Shown here piece by piece: positions 58,536 to 64,000 of a stretch of 64,000 nt of DNA. Location of the stretch: assembly GCA_947628435.1 (NCBI GenBank), contig CANQZW010000002.1:18079-82078 (forward strand), written 5' to 3'. The translations under genes and the position numbers were made by a program. A model generated the notes under the pieces. That model was not told the origin of the DNA and made no database searches. It was given only the letters and a program-made list of their open reading frames with translations. The stretch is from an uncultured Bacilli bacterium (GTDB lineage: Bacteria > Bacillota_I > Bacilli_A > RF39 > UBA660). Within the stretch, counting starts at the first letter, position 1; each line of letters starts with the position of its first letter.

Positions 58536-58537
58536 AA

Positions 58538-58930
58538 ATGAATAAAAAAGGTTTTACACTTATCGAATTGTTAGCAGTAATTGTTATTTTAGGAATGATA
58601 ATGGCAATTTCAAGTTCGGCTCTATTAAAACAAAAGTCAAAAGCTAATGTAGAAGAAGCAAAAAAATTAGAACATACGATTGAAACGTTAGGACCTGAAG
58701 TATGGTTAGATGAAGAGGTTGAAAATAAGATTGGTAATTTTGGTTTAGATACATTAACAAAATATGGTTTAAAAAGTAGTCAAATTAAGAATCCAAGTGG
58801 TAATGGTAATTGTGAGGGTTACCTTGAAGTAACAAAAGAAAAGGAATTTAAAGGTCATATTTGCTGCCCTGGTTTATATCAAACGGATAGTGATGCAAAG
58901 CCAACCGATTGTTCTTCATATAAAAAATAA
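58538..58930 (+). CDS. Prepilin-type N-terminal cleavage/methylation domain protein (type IV pilin / pseudopilin-like)
   Basis: MNKKG|FTLIELLAVIVILGMIMAI (G-1, F+1, E+5), Cys-rich C-terminal globular part. Starts 2 nt after the SDR stop. Confidence 0.8.
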   Translation: MNKKGFTLIELLAVIVILGMIMAISSSALLKQKSKANVEEAKKLEHTIETLGPEVWLDEEVENKIGNFGLDTLTKYGLKSSQIKNPSGNGNCEGYLEVTKEKEFKGHICCPGLYQTDSDAKPTDCSSYKK

Positions 58931-58942
58931 CTTCAATTACTA

Positions 58943-58970
58943 AAAAGCTATTTTAAAAGTAGCTTTTTTT
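58943..58970 (+). terminator. Rho-independent terminator
   Basis: AAAAGCTA ttttaaaag TAGCTTTT, followed by Ts. Confidence 0.6.
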
Positions 58971-59019
58971 AATATTTTATTATATAATAATCTCTTAATT
59001 CTTAAGGAGGTGGCTTAGG

Positions 59020-59826
59020 TTGAATATAATTGAGATAAATAATCTTACATTTAGATATAAAACTAAATTTATTTATGATAACTTTAGTTTAAACATAAAG
59101 CGTGGAACCTGGGTTACCATAGCAGGACCTAATGGTGCTGGTAAAACAACGCTTGTTAAGCTTTTAGCAGGCTTAGTTAAAAGTTATTGTGATATTAAAA
59201 TATTTGGTAAGCCTCTTAATAAAAAAAATATATATGACGTAAGAAAAGAAGTCGGATTCGTATTTGATAATCCTGATAATTTTTTTGCGTGTGAAACGGT
59301 TGAGGATGAGCTTGCTTTTTCTTTGGAGAACATGGCTGTTTTTCCATCAACTATAAAGAAAAAAATTAAAGAAATATCAAGTCTTTTGAATTTGGATGAT
59401 ATTTTAAAGGAAAATCCTTACGATTTATCTGGTGGTCAAAAACAAAAGGTATTACTTGGTTGTGCACTTATGTTAGAACCTAGAATTTTAGTTTTAGATG
59501 AAGCTTTAATGATGATTGATATAAATCAAAGAGATGAGTTACTTAGGATTTTAAAAGAATATAACAAGAAAAAAAGAGTTACTATTGTTTCTTTTACCCA
59601 TGATTTAAAGGAAGCTATATACTCTGATAGGTTAGTGGTATTAAATGATGGTAAGATAATAATTGACGGACCTTTTCCAAATGTTTTTGATGAGGAAAGA
59701 GTAATGAGAAAAATTGGACTTGAGGTTCCTTTTGAGGTGGAATTAAGTCAAAAATTAAGACTTTATAAGTTGGTAGATAAAATCAATTTAAATCTTGAAG
59801 GGTTGGTTGATGAGTTATGGAAGTAA
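59020..59826 (+). CDS. ecfA1: Energy-coupling factor transporter ATPase EcfA1
   Basis: TTG start behind AAGGAGG. GPNGAGKTT, LSGGQKQ, LVLDEA. Canonical position after rplQ. Confidence 0.9.
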   Translation: MNIIEINNLTFRYKTKFIYDNFSLNIKRGTWVTIAGPNGAGKTTLVKLLAGLVKSYCDIKIFGKPLNKKNIYDVRKEVGFVFDNPDNFFACETVEDELAFSLENMAVFPSTIKKKIKEISSLLNLDDILKENPYDLSGGQKQKVLLGCALMLEPRILVLDEALMMIDINQRDELLRILKEYNKKKRVTIVSFTHDLKEAIYSDRLVVLNDGKIIIDGPFPNVFDEERVMRKIGLEVPFEVELSQKLRLYKLVDKINLNLEGLVDELWK

Positions 59827-60686
59827 TTTTTAAAGATGTTAGTTTTTCTTATAATAAGGGTATGATAAATGAAAAAAAAGCTTTAAAGAATATTAATATT
59901 GTATTACAAAGTAATTTAATTCATGGAATAATAGGCCCAATCGGAAGTGGTAAAACAACAATGTTAGAACTTATGAATGGTGTTACCAAACCTGATTCTG
60001 GTGAAATAATAGTTGGTGAATATGAACTTAAAAACAAATTAAAAAAATCAGAATTTAACAAGTTTAGATATGAGGTAGGCTTTGTCTATCAATTTCCAGA
60101 AAAACAATTTTTTTGTTCTACGGTTGCAGAAGAAGTTGCCTTTTCAAGTAAGGTATTTGATTCTAAAAATAAAAACATTAAAGTTAAAGTAAAAAAAGCT
60201 TTAAAAATGGTAGGACTAGATGAATCATATTTAAAAAGAAGTCCTTTTAGTTTAAATAGTGGTGAAAAAAGAAGAGTTGCCATAGCATCTGTTTTGATTT
60301 CTAATCCAAAATTATTAATTATGGATGAACCAACAATTGGACTTGATAATAATAGTAAAAAAAGATTAATGAAATTACTTATAAATCTTAAAAAACAATA
60401 TATGAAAACTATTATAATAGTTACTCATGATGTTGATATGCTTTATGAAATAACCGATGATGTAGTTGTCTTAAATGAGGGAGAAGTTGCTAATTTTGGT
60501 ACTAAAATAGATGTTTTTAGTAACGTAGATTTATTAAATAAAAATAATGCTCCTGTTCCAAGTGTTGTTCGTATGTGTAAAATGATATATGATAAAAAAG
60601 GAATCGATTTAGGTTACATAAAAAATACAAACGAATTAGTAAGATCAATAGTAGGTTGTTTTGATAGAAATAAAGAGGGTGATTAA
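59817..60686 (+). CDS. ecfA2: Energy-coupling factor transporter ATPase EcfA2
   Basis: GPIGSGKTT, LNSGEKRR (degenerate signature), LIMDEP. Overlaps ecfA1 by 10 nt. Confidence 0.9.
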   Translation: MEVIFKDVSFSYNKGMINEKKALKNINIVLQSNLIHGIIGPIGSGKTTMLELMNGVTKPDSGEIIVGEYELKNKLKKSEFNKFRYEVGFVYQFPEKQFFCSTVAEEVAFSSKVFDSKNKNIKVKVKKALKMVGLDESYLKRSPFSLNSGEKRRVAIASVLISNPKLLIMDEPTIGLDNNSKKRLMKLLINLKKQYMKTIIIVTHDVDMLYEITDDVVVLNEGEVANFGTKIDVFSNVDLLNKNNAPVPSVVRMCKMIYDKKGIDLGYIKNTNELVRSIVGCFDRNKEGD

Positions 60687-60687
60687 A

Positions 60688-61425
60688 ATGAATGATTATT
60701 CGTTTTTCAAATATATTCCAAGTAACTCTAAAATTCACATGTTAAATTCTAAAATGAAGATTTTATGGTTTTTACTTTCTATAATAATATCATTAGTAGT
60801 AAAAGATTATTATTCACTTTTGTTATTTTTTATATTCTTATTATTTGTAATATCAAAGACTAATATTAGTATTAATGTATATATATCAAACTTATTAATT
60901 ATATATCCAGTATATTTATTTTGTTTATTTTTAACTCTTTTTATTTCTCTTAATTTTTTATTATCTGTTTTAGTTACTATTAAATTAATTTTAATAATTA
61001 TACTGTTTCTTATACTTACGTTTACAACATCCCTTAGTGAGATTGCTTGGGGATTTGAATGCGTTTTTTCACCATTAAAAAAGTTAGGTATACCAGTTTC
61101 AAATATATCGCTTTCTATTGCACTTGTTATTAAATTTATATCAACGTTATTTGAAAAATTTAAAGAGGTAAGAAAGTCGATGGCTTATAGGGGAATACCA
61201 TATAACAAAAACAGCTTAACCGCAATTAAAAAAATGGTGTTTCCAGTTATTAGATTATCATATAAACTTTCTAATAGAACAATATCAGCGATGAAGTTAA
61301 GATTTTATGGTTATGGAAAAAAGCGTACTAATTATCATGAAAATAAGACTACATATTTTGATAAGGTGTTAGTAATTACTGATTGCGTTTTAATTTATTT
61401 AGTAATATGGTTAGGGTGGTTATGA
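60688..61425 (+). CDS. ecfT: Energy-coupling factor transporter transmembrane subunit EcfT
   Basis: ATG 60688 behind AGAGGGTG. CbiQ-like polytopic protein with an ...AYRGIP... coupling-helix region. Confidence 0.88.
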   Translation: MNDYSFFKYIPSNSKIHMLNSKMKILWFLLSIIISLVVKDYYSLLLFFIFLLFVISKTNISINVYISNLLIIYPVYLFCLFLTLFISLNFLLSVLVTIKLILIIILFLILTFTTSLSEIAWGFECVFSPLKKLGIPVSNISLSIALVIKFISTLFEKFKEVRKSMAYRGIPYNKNSLTAIKKMVFPVIRLSYKLSNRTISAMKLRFYGYGKKRTNYHENKTTYFDKVLVITDCVLIYLVIWLGWL

Positions 61426-62153
61426 TGAGATATTTGATTGATTTTTCTTATTCTGGAGAATTATTTAAAGGTTATCAAAGACAAAATGGACTAAGAACCG
61501 TGCAAGAAGAAATAGAAAAAGTTTTAACAAGTATAAATAATGATGTTGTTAAGATATTTTCTGCTGGAAGAACGGATGCTAAGGTAAACGCCCTTCATCA
61601 AAAAGCTCATTTTGATTTAAATAATAAAATTTCATGCTACAAATTAAAATTTGCTTTAAACAGTTATCTTCCAGATGATATATATATTAATGATGTTATT
61701 ATGGTAGATGATAAGTTTCATGCAAGATACATGGTCAAATCAAAAACGTATGAGTATAAGATAAATGTTGGTCACTATAATCCTATACATCGCACCCACG
61801 TGTATCAATATTGTAAACCACTTAATATTAAATTAATGAAAAAGGCAATGCATGATTTTGAAGGAACCCACGATTTTACATCCTTTTGTTCTGCTCAAGA
61901 TAAACGAAGTGATAAAGTAAGAGAAATATTTAAAATAGATTTATGCGAAAAAGATGATATTATTAGTATAACTTTTAAAGCTAAAGGCTTTTTAAAGTAT
62001 CAAGTAAGAAGTATGGTTGGAACTTTAATAAAAATAGGTGAAGAAAAATTAAAACCAGATGTAATTACAAGTTTGATTAATGAAAAAGATAGAAAAAAAG
62101 CACCATTTATGGCACCTGCTAACGGACTTACGTTAGTTGATGTTAAATACTAA
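61422..62153 (+). CDS. truA: tRNA pseudouridine(38-40) synthase TruA
   Basis: MRYLIDFSYSGELFKGYQRQ, catalytic GRTDAKVNA. ATGA overlap with the ecfT stop (alternative ATG at 61425). Confidence 0.93.
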   Translation: MMRYLIDFSYSGELFKGYQRQNGLRTVQEEIEKVLTSINNDVVKIFSAGRTDAKVNALHQKAHFDLNNKISCYKLKFALNSYLPDDIYINDVIMVDDKFHARYMVKSKTYEYKINVGHYNPIHRTHVYQYCKPLNIKLMKKAMHDFEGTHDFTSFCSAQDKRSDKVREIFKIDLCEKDDIISITFKAKGFLKYQVRSMVGTLIKIGEEKLKPDVITSLINEKDRKKAPFMAPANGLTLVDVKY

Positions 62154-62184
62154 AAAACAGTTTTATTTATGAAAACTGTTTTTT
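62154..62184. terminator. Bidirectional terminator between truA and the convergent DUF378 gene
   Basis: AAAACAGTTTT atttatg AAAACTGTTTT: perfect 11-bp stem flanked by A- and T-runs. Confidence 0.7.
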
Positions 62185-62389
62185 AATCTGCATCATTTAT
62201 TAAGTCTGCAAGTGTTTTAATGCTTATAAGTCCACAAATACCAACTAAAATGTATACTATTTTTGAACCTAGTGCATTTGCTCCACCAAATATTGTTGCA
62301 ACTAAATCGAAGTTAAATAAACCTATTAATCCCCAGTTTAATGCACCAATAATAACAAGGGTCAAAGCTATAATTTGCAATGTTTTCAT
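62183..62389 (-). CDS. DUF378 family small membrane protein
   Basis: 68 aa. IALTLVIIGALNWGLIGLFNFDLVA signature. Strong RBS AAAGGAGGAAA on the minus strand. Confidence 0.8.
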   Translation of the reverse strand: MKTLQIIALTLVIIGALNWGLIGLFNFDLVATIFGGANALGSKIVYILVGICGLISIKTLADLINDAD

Positions 62390-62496
62390 AAATTTCCTCC
62401 TTTTATACTTATATGATAATCAAAAAAAGATTTTTTATACACGAATATTAGTAAATTTAAGCCATATAATTAAATGAAAATAGAAGAGGTGAATTA

Positions 62497-63504
62497 ATGA
62501 AAAAATTTTTAAGTGTTTTAGCTATATTTGTTTTTGCAATATGTTTATCTGGATGTGCGAAGGAAGATAAGAAAAGTATTTTAAATAAGCTTGATAAAAA
62601 AATTAATAATGCTAGTGGTTATAAATTAGAAGCCCAAATGGAATTAGTAAATAATGAAGATTCATATAAATATGATGTAACTGTTTCATATAAGAAAAAG
62701 GATAATTATAGAGTATCTCTTAGAAATAAAACTAATAATCACGAACAAATTATTTTAAAAAATGAAGAAGGAGTATATGTATTAACACCATCACTTAATA
62801 AAAGTTTTAAATTTCAAAGTAAATGGCCATATAATAATTCGCAAAGTTATTTACTACAATCTGTTGTAAATGATATGAAAAGTGATTCTAAACTTAGTAT
62901 GAAAAAAGAAAAAGATAATTATGTATTTAAAAGTAAAGTAAATTATAAAAACAATGCTAGTTTAACTCATCAAGTTGTAGTTGTTGATAAAAATTATACC
63001 ATAAAAAGTGTTACTGTTTTGGATTCTGATGAAAACGTAGGAATAAAGGTAGTTTTTAACTCAATAGATATGAAAGCAAAATTTAAAAATAATTATTTTG
63101 TTTTAGAAGAAAATATGCAAACTATAACGTCTAATGATGAAGAAAGCCAAGATGCAATGAATATGATGGATGATGCTGTTTATCCAATGTATTTACCAGA
63201 AGGAACTTATTTAGAAACTGAAAAGGTTGTAGAACTTGATGAAGGTTCAAGAGTAATTCTTACTTTTGCTGGGGATAATTCTTTTATGTTGGTTGAACAA
63301 ACCGCCGTAAAAAATGATGAAATGACAGTTATTCCTACAAGTGGTGATCTTGATATATTTATGGATACAATAGCTATTGTTGATGATTCATCAATAACGT
63401 GGTCTAGTGCTGGTGTGGATTATTACTTAGTATCAAGTGATACGAGCACTATGGAATTAATGAACGTAGCAAAATCAATATCATCACTTCCAATAAGTAA
63501 ATAA
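62497..63504 (+). CDS. Lipoprotein, LolA-fold / YdcC-like (putative)
   Basis: Signal peptide with lipobox LSGC (Cys20). The beta-rich body resembles outer-membrane-lipoprotein-sorting / DUF4367-type proteins. Confidence 0.6.
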   Translation: MKKFLSVLAIFVFAICLSGCAKEDKKSILNKLDKKINNASGYKLEAQMELVNNEDSYKYDVTVSYKKKDNYRVSLRNKTNNHEQIILKNEEGVYVLTPSLNKSFKFQSKWPYNNSQSYLLQSVVNDMKSDSKLSMKKEKDNYVFKSKVNYKNNASLTHQVVVVDKNYTIKSVTVLDSDENVGIKVVFNSIDMKAKFKNNYFVLEENMQTITSNDEESQDAMNMMDDAVYPMYLPEGTYLETEKVVELDEGSRVILTFAGDNSFMLVEQTAVKNDEMTVIPTSGDLDIFMDTIAIVDDSSITWSSAGVDYYLVSSDTSTMELMNVAKSISSLPISK

Positions 63505-63553
63505 TTATTCATTATTCGTATAATTATGTTATAATGTAATTGGGTGATTTATA

Positions 63554-64000
63554 ATGAAAAATGAGGTAAAAAACGCAATAATAATGACGTTTGTAGTTAT
63601 TGTAATATTAGTTATTGTATATTTAACAACTGCTATATTTATGACTGGAGAAATTGGTAATAATAAAAAAGATGATAAAAATGACACTACAACTAATAAT
63701 GAGAGTCAAAGCGAGCTATATGATAATATGATAATCGCAAGTAATACGTTTAATCAAAAAAATGAGGAATACAACGTAATTTTCTTTCATGAAAAAGATG
63801 ATAATGATGCTTTAAAAAATTCTATATCAGCTTATGATTCATCACAAAAGGATATCAAGTTATATAAGGTAAACTTAGATGAGGCAATAAATAAGTTTGT
63901 TATATCAAAACAGCAAAATAGTAGTGCAACTAATTATGAAGAATTAAAAATAAACGATGTAACCTTAATAAATATAAAAAATAAAGTAATAACATCTTAC
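63554..64000 (+). CDS. Membrane-anchored hypothetical protein, 3' end off-window
   Basis: Hand-translated open frame of 149 codons with no stop (MKNEVKNAIIMTFVVIVILVIVYLTTAIF...). Absent from the track because it lacks a stop. Preceded by TGTTATAAT (63527-63535) and GGGTGAT. Confidence 0.6.
   Translation, partial: MKNEVKNAIIMTFVVIVILVIVYLTTAIFMTGEIGNNKKDDKNDTTTNNESQSELYDNMIIASNTFNQKNEEYNVIFFHEKDDNDALKNSISAYDSSQKDIKLYKVNLDEAINKFVISKQQNSSATNYEELKINDVTLINIKNKVITSY

Noticed and set aside
1-64000. Scan for rRNA, tRNA, tmRNA/RNase P/SRP RNA, CRISPR arrays, IS elements or transposases, and TGA-as-sense recoding
   Set aside because: No intergenic region is long or GC-rich enough for these apart from the r-protein leaders, and no regularly spaced direct repeats were seen. 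All conserved genes close on standard stops with Trp encoded by TGG, so this is code 11. The inspection was by eye only; tRNAscan or Infernal would be decisive.

Overview
Visibly AT-rich, standard-code chromosomal segment from an endospore-forming Firmicute (spo0A and gerQ are both present). It is almost entirely core housekeeping and strongly co-oriented: 79 of the 84 CDS I call are on the + strand. In order: uvrA (3' part), a small ArpU-like regulator, yvlD-like, lgt, trxB, whiA; soj-spo0J, mscS, DUF951, abgT, ychF; rpsF-ssb-rpsR; rplI-dnaB-M23 peptidase-walJ-like-rlmH; an oppositely oriented HTH-Fic gene; ung; lemA-like and gerQ (minus strand); pduL, femAB-family, dusB; a YfcC-like transporter with an inserted TM2 domain; clpC-like, cysS; clpP (minus); a TGS-uridine-kinase-like gene. 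Next comes a disrupted glycolytic cluster (gap | surface protein | pgk-UPF0104-GT4-tpiA), then spo0A, a BI-1 family gene, and a beta-helix surface protein with its class B sortase. The complete S10-spc-alpha ribosomal cluster follows (rpsJ to rplQ, with secY, adk, map, infA, rpmJ, rpoA, but no rpmD). The window ends with an SDR, an orphan pilin-like gene, ecfA1-ecfA2-ecfT-truA, DUF378, a LolA-like lipoprotein and a 3'-truncated ORF. By eye I found no rRNA, tRNA, CRISPR array, transposase, integrase or prophage block. I do not see a convincing self-contained novel multi-gene system. The best leads are: the HTH-Fic gene, whose consensus promoter is bracketed by twin palindromic operators; glycolipid and envelope genes translationally coupled inside pgk-tpiA; a sortase B with a long cytoplasmic N-terminal extension next to an NPKTS substrate; a ClpC with a degenerate second ATPase ring; and a TM2 insertion in a transporter. 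All family assignments rest on motif recognition by eye, not database searches.
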